Part shown: piece after piece, positions 13,863-24,739 of the stretch
Layout: each line of letters begins with the position of its first letter
Position numbering within the stretch: the stretch's first letter is position 1
Source of the DNA: Paraspadella gotoi
Taxonomy: Eukaryota > Animalia > Chaetognatha
DNA: 64,000 bases
Assembly (NCBI GenBank): GCA_051294375.1
Contig: CM119268.1
Coordinates: forward strand, 20,534,750 to 20,598,749
Reading direction: 5' to 3'
Position numbers and translations under genes: made by a program
The notes under the pieces: generated by a model
What the model saw: the letters and a program-made list of their open reading frames with translations, nothing else
The model's database searches: none
Told to the model about the DNA's origin: nothing

Positions 13863-14347
13863 TTCTTTATCCCTGACATCTTTGGTGACCAAAATCACCG
13901 AAGATTTATTTAATTTAGATTTTTCGCGAACATTAAACGTTCCACTTTCTCACGTGGAATTCTTTTTTGCCATTCAAGGTTAAAGCACGCCAACGTACGA
14001 TCACGATGCTGATGTGATGAACGGAAAAGTCTAAGCCAGCGGCTGGCGATTTCTCATTCATTCATTCATTCATTCATTCATTCATTCATTCATTCATTCA
14101 TTCATTCTTTCATTCATTCATTCATTCATTCATTCATTCATTCATTCATTCATTCATTCATTCATTCTTTCATTCATTCATTCTTTCATTCATTCTTTCA
14201 TTCATTCTTTCATTCATTCTTTCATTCATTCATTCTTTCATTTAGCTTTCAATGACCTTGATTTTATCATTAATAATTATCATTGATAACGCTTTTCATT
14301 TATCACGTAATTTTCCTCGTGTTTTTTCGCCAAATGTGTTTCTTTAT

Positions 14348-14404
14348 TAGCGCCATTTGTTCACAGCGTTGGTGGCGCCATCTCTTGGTAGCGCCATCTC
14401 TTCC
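14348..14404 (-). promoter_or_regulatory. Cluster of CTCF-like motifs
   Basis: Minus strand reads GGAAGAGATGGCGCTA, CCAAGAGATGGCGCCA and GAACAAATGGCGCTA. The middle one fits the arthropod CTCF core CCANNAGRTGGCGC. Duplicate at ~7433-7487. Confidence 0.35.
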
Positions 14405-14969
14405 TCGCGTCTCTAATCTTCCTCCTTTCGAAATATCTTCAATGTCTTCAACTCTTTCCTCTAATTTTCCTTTTGTATTCATTTTACTTTCTCTCTTTTT
14501 TACTTTCACATTTGTGAATTTAACTTTTCACTTTCACTCAAGTTCCTCTTCACACTTTTGTGAGTGTCTCACGAACCCCAACAATTTCAGCCGACAACAT
14601 TGAATCGACGACAACGAGGACAACGACAACAAAAACGATGACAACAACGACAAAGGCGCCACGAAGATAAGACCGCTAACGTAAAGGAGAGAAAAGATGT
14701 AATAACGACAACAAAGACGCGTGAGAATTTTACCGAGAAAGAAAATGTAAATTAAATTATAAACAAAATTTTTTAAAATTTTTTTAGTTGTAAATAATAT
14801 AATCTGATTTTAAATTCCCGAGAAACGAAGATTTAAAAATTTAAAAGTTAGTTATTTAACTATGTGACTATTATTAAACTTTTTAGATATTTATAATAAA
14901 AGAAAGTAGTAGATGATTACTAATTTGTTCTTTCTTTCCACTGAAGAGACAGTAATTATTGATAAGTGT

Positions 14970-15141
14970 TAATGACAGAACCGTCCCATATCATCATTAC
15001 CTGAGCTTCGGATCAGGCTGTAACACCATGTGACAGACGGGTTAAGCGCCTCGTCCCTCTTTACTGCCAGACGACAACCGGGCTAGAACCCCGGACCTTT
15101 GGGTTGGGAGGTGAATGACTTGCCTCCGGCACCAATGGCGG
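14970..15141 (-). mobile_element. tRNA-derived SINE-like element
   Basis: Minus strand has A-box-like TGGTGCCGGAGG, then ...CCCAAAGGTCCGG-GGTTCTAGCCC (B-box GGTTCRANNCC, one mismatch), followed by a non-tRNA body. No acceptor stem. Confidence 0.5.
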
Positions 15142-15254
15142 TTGGTGGATTTTAGTCCACCATACCACCATAATTGACGGAAGAATGTTAGATTCTTATC
15201 GAAACCTGATACAAAAAAGTCATTTTCGCTTTGACTTACAAGAAATGTATTTTT

Positions 15255-15359
<105 letters not shown>

Positions 15360-15434
15360 AATATAAGCGAGGAAGCAGAGAGGGTTGCGCTGTTCAAGGG
15401 ACTGAGCACTATATAAATGTCTGTTTTTTTGGGG

Positions 15435-15577
15435 GGAGATAAGAAGTAAGGTATAAGGGGTAAGGTATAAGGGGTAAAAAAGATAAGAAGTAAGGTATAA
15501 GGGGTAAGGGGTAAAAGTATAAGGGGTAAGGGGTAAAAGAGATAAGAAGTAAGGTATAAGGGGTAAGGGGTAAAAGT
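15435..15577. repeat. G-run minisatellite (TAAGGTATAAGGGGTAAGGGGTAAAA)n
   Basis: Direct tandem repeats with GGGG tracts. Duplicate at ~8470-8612. Confidence 0.85.
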
Positions 15578-15906
15578 TGTAAATTACTGAAGTTAATCCA
15601 GGTTTGTCCGCTTAATAAAATTGCTTCAAATACTCATTTATGTATATTTCAACGTAAAATTTAAACTGGAAAGAAAATGTGGGAGGTTTTGGATTTAATG
15701 GTTGTTCAAAGTTATACCGCATATAAAAAGTGGCGGCTAATGGTGGGTGGTGGACCCCGGTGGGTGGTACATCCCCGTCGTCAATCAAATAACTATTTGG
15801 TGATGTTGTGGCTGCCCCGAACTCTGATCCCTTTTTCGTTGGTATCGGAAACAGATAACACGCGGACCAGCATAAACTAACGCCATTACAACCGGAAGAG
15901 AGAAGG

Positions 15907-15957
<51 letters not shown>

Positions 15958-16229
15958 AAAAAGGGGAAGACATCAAGAACTAGAAGAATTATGGTGTAGA
16001 GTGAGAGCGAGGAAAAAACAGGAGGGGATTTGAAGAAATGATAAGAATTAAGAAAGAAAGAAGAGATAAAAAAAAAAGAAAGTGAGAAGGAATATTCGTC
16101 AACCTTGATTATTGGGGATGAGTAAAAAAAAAAATTAGAAAAAAGGAAAAGGAAGAAATCATTGAAAAAAAGGAAAAAAAGAAGTGCAATAGTAAGGAAG
16201 GGAATTGAAGACCGGCTTTTGCTACTGGT

Positions 16230-16700
16230 GAGTGTCGGCAACTAAGATACCAACATTGGTTTGAATGTGGAGATCCAAAGTGCCAAATTTAAATGAGTGT
16301 CGGCAATTAAGACGCCAATGTTGGTATGTATGTGAGCATCCTACGTGCCAAATTAAAGCGAGTGTCGGAATTGAAGGTGCCAACGTTGGCAAGAATATGA
16401 GCATCCAAAGAGCCAATTTTAAGCAAGCGACGACATTGCAGGAGCCAATTTTGGTAGGCGCCAGTATTGGCTTTGCGGGTAACTATGTTGGCATGATTAA
16501 AATTCAAAGGAGTGTCTGCATCATAGGAACCAATGTTGATACAAGTTGGCATCAAGGGAGACAATAATTAAACATAGAAATGTGGGGAGAAAAAATTGAC
16601 AAGAGCAAAAAGTTAGCAAGAATGTGGGCATTTAGAACTACAATGTTGGCACAAACGTGGGCATCCAAAGCGCCAATGTTGGGATGAGCGTCGGCAACCA
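16230..16700. repeat. Degenerate ~32-bp periodic array with GGCA-N7-YGCCAA core
   Basis: Examples: GTCGGCAATTAAGACGCCAATGTTGG, GTCGGAATTGAAGGTGCCAACGTTGG, GTGGGCATCCAAAGCGCCAATGTTGG. Duplicate at ~9310-9780. Confidence 0.7.
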
Positions 16701-17622
16701 AAAAAAGTGAACGTCGACACGATCTGACTAACGGAATGATGAATGGCATCAAAGGGAGAAGAGATCGAGGAAAATGCAGAACCAATGTTTATCAATCATG
16801 TCAGTGCGATGAGGCGGTGGTGAGGTGGTGGAGGTGGGAAAGGGGTTAAGGGGGGCGGCGATTCCGAGAGAAGGGCGGAAGATGCGACAGCTGAAGCAGA
16901 CGACGCAGACGATGCAGCTGAAGCAGACGACGCAGCGGACGCAGCCAAAGCTGACGACGCAGCCAGGGCAGACGACGAAGCTGACGGCTTTAAACTTTTT
17001 TAATCCACCGTCACCACCGATTTTCGACACGTCCACTTTTTAACGCCAATTTTTTTGTTTCACTAAATCACTTTTTTGAGAGTTCGGTATTTGTCAGGTG
17101 GGCGATTGTTGATTCGTGAATGAAAAAAAAATATTTTAATGGTTAATTTTAAATCATTTGGTGTATTTATTCCTTTCTTTTCGTTGGTTTTTTCACGATC
17201 AAACTTTCACTTTGCTCTGATGAAATCTAACACATGGCCGAAAAATATACGTTTAATAAATTAAACTGTATTTTCGTTGAAACAAAGTGAAAATTGTTTG
17301 ACTTTTAAAAAAACAAAGTGTAATAAAAACTTGTTACAGACTTTCACGCGCCACGAAGCCTTAAAAATTATAAGGGTTGTTTAAAAAAACTTTGCTATTT
17401 GATTTACATAACACCACCCCCACAACTACTCTTAAAAGATTCTTCACCACCACCATCAACTCCACTACCACCACCACAACCCCTTTCACCACCGACGTTG
17501 CCACAAGTTGACCTGAGAGAAAAGTAAAAAAATATTAACGAGGAGAAAGAGAAAAGAATCTGGGCAGGATTGATGGAACCGCTTTGCCTGGGATTCTTTT
17601 TCCTTTTGCCTCGTCTGTCTTG

Positions 17623-17686
<64 letters not shown>

Positions 17687-19030
17687 TCCTCTCTCTCTCT
17701 CTCTCTTTACCCCTTTTTCTTCTGCCTTTTTCTCCGATAATTGCAGAGACGTTTTTTCCCCTTTTTCCAAATTTACGATTAAGTTTTATCTCCTTTCAGT
17801 TTTTCCCTTCGATTCTTTTCATCCCCTTAAATCTGGTTTTCTTTAAACAGGTCTGTTCACCGGCAAATATTGGGTTAAATTTTAAACAAAAATTGATAGA
17901 AAAATACGGTCATATCATTTTTAATTTTCATTATACATTTACGAACAATTTTTCCCACCATCCATATTTCCATTCATTCCTTCATTTATTTGTTCGTTCA
18001 TTCATTCATTAATTCATGCTTTTATTCATTAATTCATTCAATAATTCATTCTTTTATTAATTAATTCATTCCTTTATTCATTCATTCATTCATTCATTCA
18101 TTCATTCATTCATTCATTCATTCATTCATTCATTCATTCATCCATCCATCCATCCATCCATCTGTCCATCCATCTATCCATCCCTGTCTAATGTGTCCAT
18201 ATTTGCTCAGTCCGTAAAAACGATTCAAACGTCACAAGGAAAAGTTGAGTCCGGATGGGGGGCGGCGTTTTTGTCGCCGCGGCGTCGGCGATGGCAGCAG
18301 CAGCGGCGTTGACGCCGGCGTCGGCAGCGGCGTCAATTAAGGCGTCACTCAAAGTTCTCGCTTCTATTCTCGGCGGCGTCATCCGCGTGGGCGTCGGCGA
18401 GTCGGCGTCGGCTTGAGTGACGTCGTAGGTCATTTAAACCGGAAGTGAATTATATACGGAAACGTCAGCGCGGATGAAAGTCACTAGAGGTTTGACTAAA
18501 GGTTTTATGATAGAATCTAAACTGGATAAAGTCTTATTATTTTTGATCGTAGAGTGACTTTAGGATTTAATTCACTTTTCAAACTCAATTTTTTTAAAAA
18601 ATAAACTTTCAAGTCAAAAGACGACGATATCAAAAGTAGCTCGATGACTCTCTCTCGGTTCCGCTTCTCGTCGGTAAACGTTTCTGTAATTTTCTTTTGT
18701 TGTGTCGTTATCTCGTTTTGGTTTGAGGTGGAAGAGAGAGAAGAGTGAGATGGAGGAGGGGGAGAGAGAAGAGTGAGAGGGAGGAGGGGGGAAGAGAAAA
18801 GAGTGAGTGGGAGGAGGAGATGGGAAGAGAATTGAAGCGAGGGAGGAAAGTCAGGGGAGGAAGGAGGTGAAAGAAGAAAGGAAGGAGATATTACGCGGTC
18901 CAAATCCTTGCAGTTTAAACGTTTAAACGTAATCGCAACAGTTTCGGGGAAGCTAACTATAAGTTCACCGCCACTACGCCCTACGGCGGCCTTCGCCGGG
19001 ATCTCATTCCGGCGGCGGAGAAAATGGCCC

Positions 19031-19116
<86 letters not shown>

Positions 19117-19421
19117 GAATAAAATCAAATCAAATCAAATCAATCTCTCTCTCTCTCAAACGTTCTTCTTTGTTTTTCTAGACTTTTACTAACTTTTTTT
19201 TATTTTTAATTTCTATTTTTTTAAACAATTAGGAAAATAATATATTTTTTTAAAATTTAATTAAATTTAATTAATCATATTAAATTAACAAAATGTTTGA
19301 TTGGAAAGTAAGAAAAAAAGAAAGTAAAATAAAAAAAATAAAGGAATACAGAGAGAGTAAGAGAGAGAGAAAGAGGAAAAAGAGTGAGTGAAAAAGAGAG
19401 AGAGAAAGAGACAGAGAGAGA

Positions 19422-19476
<55 letters not shown>

Positions 19477-19499
19477 TGAAAAAAAGAGAGAGTGAGGGA

Positions 19500-19990
19500 G
19501 TTGTGATAGCTTCCCGACTGGGATTTATTCTAGGAATTCGCGGCGGGATCGGGCTTCAATCTGCGATCCCCTTCAAAAATCGAGGCGGGGATTCCCCCTA
19601 GTGGTTAAAAAATGAACAGTTGTAGGGAACAGTGGCAGAGTGCTGTGAGAACTGTCCCCTTATTGCCAGTTCGAACTGAGCGTTTATGAGCCGCCTCATA
19701 CTTGAAATTTATGAGGCTGGAAGGAGTCTGTCGGTAAGCAATAGAATATGAGGAGATTTTACCCAAAATTATATTTTTCATAAATTCATTGCAGAGAAAT
19801 CAAGGCCCCAGAATCGAAATCGGATCAACGACTCGGATAAAATCTACCGGAAGTAGAATGGAACATTCTCATTGGTGGAGAGACAGATGGCATCGGCCAA
19901 TGATCAGATGGCCGGGGATTTTTACCCTTACCCCCGATCCGATGAACCTGTATAAATTGCAACCCAAATCTGTATTGATTCACTCTGCCC
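19500..19990 (+). promoter_or_regulatory. Candidate Pol II promoter with kB, STAT, ETS, CCAAT, TATA and Inr-like motifs
   Basis: TTCTAGGAA 19528-19536; GGGGATTCCCC 19587-19597; ACCGGAAGT 19846-19854; ATTGG 19871 and CCAAT 19897; GGGGATTTTT 19914-19923; TATAAAT 19951; TCACTCT with A at 19982, 31 nt after the TATA start. Motif inspection only. Confidence 0.4.
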
Positions 19991-20519
19991 AAAATATTGA
20001 CACCGTCCTGTTTTATGGTCTTTATTCTGAAGAAATAAAATCGACTTGATTTCGTCTCGAATCACCTGTCCACTTACTAAATTGAATTTTTGAAACATTC
20101 TCCATCACAATTCCTTGTGATTTCACACAATTCCTCGCAATTTCTCACAATTCTTCATCGTCACCCAGAGTTTTTTTTTGCTCCATTGGTGTCAACTTTT
20201 CTCTCTTCTCTTTTTTTCTCTTTTTTTCTCTTTTTTTCACATTTTTCATTTTGCCTCTGAACCATTTACTCTTCATTATTTTTCATTATACTAAGCGTTT
20301 CCGTAGTAGTAAGCGGAACTAATCGATTCTATGCATTTTGATCGTAAAAGGGAAGAAGAAAATCGAATTATGTCTGGAGAAGATCTTTCGGCCATAATTT
20401 CCAAAGGCGACTCATTTCAAGTTAATTTTGATTCAACGACTAAAAGATAAAGCTAAGAACAGAAATGGGGCGCTTTTAGAAAAGAGTGGTTTCTACAGTG
20501 TGTCCCATTGGTACTGTCT

Positions 20520-20690
20520 GTTAATGATTATCATCGCATTAATGATTATCATCGCATCAATCATTTGGTTATGATCGCATCAATAATTAATTACTATTAC
20601 ATCAATCAATTACTATTACATCAATCAATTATTATTACATCAATCAATTACTATTTCATCAATAATTCGTTATCGCATCAATCATTCATT
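20520..20690. repeat. Degenerate ATCGCATCAAT / ATTACATCAATC tandem array
   Basis: Short tandem units. A reverse-complement relative (ATTGATGCGAT units) lies at ~54108-54310. Confidence 0.7.
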
Positions 20691-20779
20691 TTTTTTTCCG
20701 GATTTTTTCATTAATTTTCTTTGATAGTAATGTCTGGCGAGATCACAAGACTTTAGATTTTTTGTCTTTTTAAATAATA

Positions 20780-21745
20780 CAGATCTGCTCAAAAAAAGTT
20801 TAAACTTTGAACCCCTTACTATCTCGCTTGTTTGTCGTCCTATTAATTAAATATTTGGCTCATATGAAAGCCAAAACAAATATCCTTCATTCGAGCCCAT
20901 GACGAGGTTTTTAGGCTAAATATTATAGTAGCAGTGTTAAAATCAAAAATTTTGTCTTACAATTTTCTTTTTTTTCGAAAATTTTTTTTTATCCATCTTT
21001 TGTTTTTTGTTTTTTGATGTTTTTTTACCATGGAAATTTCAAAACAGCTAAACCCCTCCCAAAAAAGCTGCAATTGTTGAGCTTTGGAAGGCGGGTTTAT
21101 CAAGATATAGGATCGCCAAACAGCTTCATTTCTCTCCTACAGCCATCTGCAGATTTGTCAACAAATTTGAAGCAAATGGAAACCTTGGACGAGCTGTTGG
21201 AAGCGAGTGGCCTTGCATGTCCACGAAGAGCAAGGACAATGACCTGGAAAGTCTTGCAATTCAAGACCGTAAGGCTTCTGCAAGCCAGTTGAGAAAAAAT
21301 AGAGAAAAGAAGAATTGTTGCCAGTCATTTAACAGTGAATGGGTAGCTTTTCATGGAGGATAGAGCTCCTGGATACAAAGTCAAACCCCTCAAAAAATTT
21401 CATGAGGAAAACGGGATGGAGGTGCTTGAAGGTTAGCTTGGAAACTCGCCTGACTGCAACATCATCGAAAATGTCTGGTCAAGAATGAAAAGGGACATTT
21501 TGCAGTACAACACCATGACAGTCGACAAAATCAAGAAAATTTTGAAACACCTTTAGGGGAGCTGAACCCTTAATATTTGCCCAGCCTCTACGACTCTCTC
21601 CCTTGTCTCATGGAAACGGTGCTGGAAGCAAATAGTGGTCCGACAATGTATTAACTAACTGAGTCCTAAAAAGTATTATTTTCCTTCAAATAACGAAATA
21701 AAATGCTTTTATCATAACTATTAAACTTTTTTTTGAGCAGATCTG
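20780..21745 (+). mobile_element. Internally deleted Tc1/mariner-superfamily (Tc1-like) DNA transposon, 966 bp
   Basis: TIRs CAGATCTGCTCAAAAAAAGTTTAA (20780-20803) and TTAAACTTTTTTTTGAGCAGATCTG (21721-21745), flanked by TA on both sides (20778-79, 21746-47). Transposase remnant inside. Confidence 0.93.
21030..21654 (+). pseudogene. Tc1-like transposase pseudogene (N-terminal HTH joined to C-terminal half of the DDE domain)
   Basis: With one frameshift: MEISKQLNPSQKAAIVELWKAGLSRYRIAKQLHFSPTAICRFVNKFEANGNLGRAVGS (paired-like HTH). From 21347: LFMEDRAPGYK...VLEG*LGNSPDCNIIENVWSRMKR (cf. WPxxSPDLNPIENxW). End: LYDSLPCLMETVLEANSGPTMY* (cf. GGxTKY*). Stops, frameshifts and a central deletion. Confidence 0.9.
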
Positions 21746-22480
21746 TAATGTATAACATATTTTAAAGAAATTACAGAAGCTAGTAAAAGGTGACGACGTT
21801 AAAACTGTATTTTTTTACGCATCTTTCATTCGATTCATCAATTTTTCTTTAATTTCTCTCTTCTCTTCTTTTCTTCCCATTTTTTCACCTTCCTTCTCTT
21901 TCCCTCTTTATCTTTATCCTTTTTCTGTTTCTTCTATCCTCCAACTTCTATCCTTCTTATATCCTCAAACTTCTGTTCTTCTGTCGTTTCCTTTATAAAA
22001 TTCTTCTCTTCCTCGCATTCCTCTTCCTCCAGCATCATGAGCCCATTTTTCCACGTTCCTCCTCCTCCTCCTCCTTCTTCTTCTTCTTCTTCTTCCCCGG
22101 CTCCTCGTTTTTCTCTTCGTGTTCTCCTCGTTATCGTCGTCCACGTCAGGTCGTCGTCGTCGTCGTCGTCGTCGTCGTTATCTCTCTTCTTCTTTCCTTC
22201 ATTCCTTTTTCTCCTTTTTCTTTCCTTCTTTCCATTTTCGTCTCCACGTTTCTTCTTTTGGACGTAATTTTTTTTCTTCCGCCGAAAAAAGAAAATAAAT
22301 TTACGTTTCCCATTTTTTTTCTCCCTTTTTTTATTGACTTTTGTTCTTTCTCTTTCCAGCCATTTTGTCTTTAGAGTTCCAATTATTTCTTTTAAGTCCT
22401 TTATATCAAAAAGGACCTGTGATGATATTTACATGTGCTAATGTGTCGTTATTTTTTATTTTTTTATCTTCATCCTTATT

Positions 22481-22528
<48 letters not shown>

Positions 22529-22569
22529 TTTTTTCTTTTCATATATTTATTTATTTATTTATTTATATA

Positions 22570-22601
<32 letters not shown>

Positions 22602-23508
22602 AAATTTATTTATTTATTTATTTATTTATTTTTTTTTCTTTCTTTCTTTCTTTCTTTCTTCTGTCTTCCTCTCTTTATTTATTCATTTTCTTTCCTCAGT
22701 CTTCTTTCTCAGCGGCCAAACCTCGTTCCCTTCCGAACACCGCGAGATCTTATTTTTAAACTCGTCCTCTTTCTTTTTTCTCCTCGTAAATATCTTCTTT
22801 GTTTTCAATTTCTGTCGTCGTCATCGTCATCGTCGTTGTCGTCGTCGTTGTCGTCGTCGTCCTCGACAACAAAAGAAAATGATGAAAACGACGAATTTAC
22901 GACGTAATCAAGAAACCATAACGACCACGACGACGACCACGACGACGACAACAACGACGACCACAATGACGACCNNNNNNNNNNNNNNNNNNNNNNNNNN
23001 NNNNNNNNNNNNNNNNNNNNNNNNNNNNNNNNNNNNNNNNNNNNNNNNNNNNNNNNNNNNNNNNNNNNNNNNNNNNNNNNNNNNNNNNNNNNNNNNNNNN
23101 NNNNNNNNNNNNNNNNNNNNNNNNNNNNNNNNNNNNNNNNNNNNNNNNNNNNNNNNNNNNNNNNNNNNNNNNNNNNNNNNNNNNNNNNNCGACGACCACG
23201 ACGACGACCACAACGACGACCACAACGACGATCACAACGACGACCACAGCAAGACGTAAACAAACGCGAATCGAGAAAAACAGAAAGGAATTTGATAAAC
23301 GGTGACAACGATGATGACGACGTCTTGTTCATCGTCGTCGTCGTCGTCTTCATCGTAGTCTTCATTGTCGTCTTCATCGTCAGCGTCGTCATAGTCTTCA
23401 TCGTAGTCTTCATCATCGTCTTCATCGTCATCTTTATTGTTGTCTTCATCGTTGTCATCATCGTCGTCGTNNNNNNNNNNNNNNNNNNNNNNNNNAAAAA
23501 GAGAAGAA

Positions 23509-24693
23509 TCCATCTCAAGTTTTTCATTATCCTCTTTTTGATCCTCTTTCGTTCGTCCAACATCAACGTGTTTTGTTCTCATTTTTTCTTCTTCCTTCTT
23601 ACTCAATCGATCCTGTTCTTCCACGCTCAAAGTTTTCGTTCTCCTTTTCTTCTCGTTCTTTTCGCTTCAATCGATCTTGTTCTCGCTCCTTGACTAGTTT
23701 CATTCTGCTTCTCTCTCTCGTTCTGTTTCCCTACATGGTCCTTGTTCTCCTAAACAGTTTTTCGTTTTCCTTCTTCTTTTCTTTTGCCTTCATCGAGCCT
23801 CGTTTCCTCCACCTCAACAGTTTTCGTTCTCCCTTTTTTCTAATCGTTCTTTTTGCCTTCATCGAGCATCGTTCTCCACCTCAACATTTTCATTCTCTTT
23901 TTTTCTCTCGTTCTTTTTGCTTTCATCGAGCATCCGTTCTCCCCCTCAAACAGTTTTTGTTCTCCTTTTTATCTCATTCTTTTTGCCTTCATTGAGCATC
24001 GTTCCCCCACCTCAAACAGTTTTCGTTCTCGCTTTTTCTCTTGTTCTTTTGCTTCATCAAGCATCGATTCTCCACCTCAACAATTTTGCGTTCTCCTTTT
24101 TTATCTCATTCTTTTTGCCTTCATTGAGCATCGTTCCCACCTCAACAGTTTTCGTTCTCTTTTTTTCTCTTGTTTCTTTGCCTTCAATCGAGCATCGTTC
24201 TGCGCACCTCAACAGTTTTCGTTCTCACTTTTTTTATCTCGTTCTTTTTGCCTTCATAGAGCATCGTTCTCGGCACCTCAACAGTTTTCGTTCTCGCACC
24301 TGCCGCCAATTTTTTCGCCTCCCAACTTTCTTTTTCGCGTCGAACGACAAGGAAAATTGCTCAGAGGCCACCGCCACAGTAGCGGGGGAGGTCATCTCAA
24401 CTTGGCACACTTGCCGCAGTGCCTCTTTGCGATAGGCTGGCAATGCATACGGCTGCCCTTTACACCTTTGTTGTAAGAAATACTACAATCAAATGTTGTT
24501 CAATTGTCAACGAAAGAAAACCGTTCAATTTGATGGGTAAATCTGTTAACAAAGGTAACCACAAAGCTTGCCAAAGTCAAGGATGTGTCATTCATAGAGA
24601 TTTTCTGGTAAAAAAATGACCAATCGAATCTTATACTTCGACTTTTCCGTCAAAACCATTTTTAAGCCATGAAACGCACCGTGAAAAAATAAA

Positions 24694-24739
<46 letters not shown>

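Noticed and set aside
15060-15141. tRNA gene
   Set aside because: A/B-box-like motifs are present but there is no acceptor stem or cloverleaf. Better explained as a SINE head.
15435-15577. Telomeric repeat
   Set aside because: TAAGGGG units are embedded in a longer compound unit and do not match TTAGG or TTAGGG arrays. (TCTAA)n at 59052 is also not TTAGG.
21014-21292. 92-aa ORF as a gene
   Set aside because: Off-frame reading of the Tc1 transposase remnant. The HTH-like sequence lies in another frame.
23620-24300. 65-bp repeat array (and mirror 28610-29330) as a CRISPR array or repeat-protein gene
   Set aside because: Head-to-tail units with no unique spacers, no cas genes, eukaryotic context, and unit length not a stable multiple of three.
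24300-24550. Possible coding exon (minus strand QPYALPAYRKEALRQVCQVEM...)
   Set aside because: Short, stop codons just upstream, the two mirror copies disagree in frame, and no convincing family match. Cannot be supported without a search.
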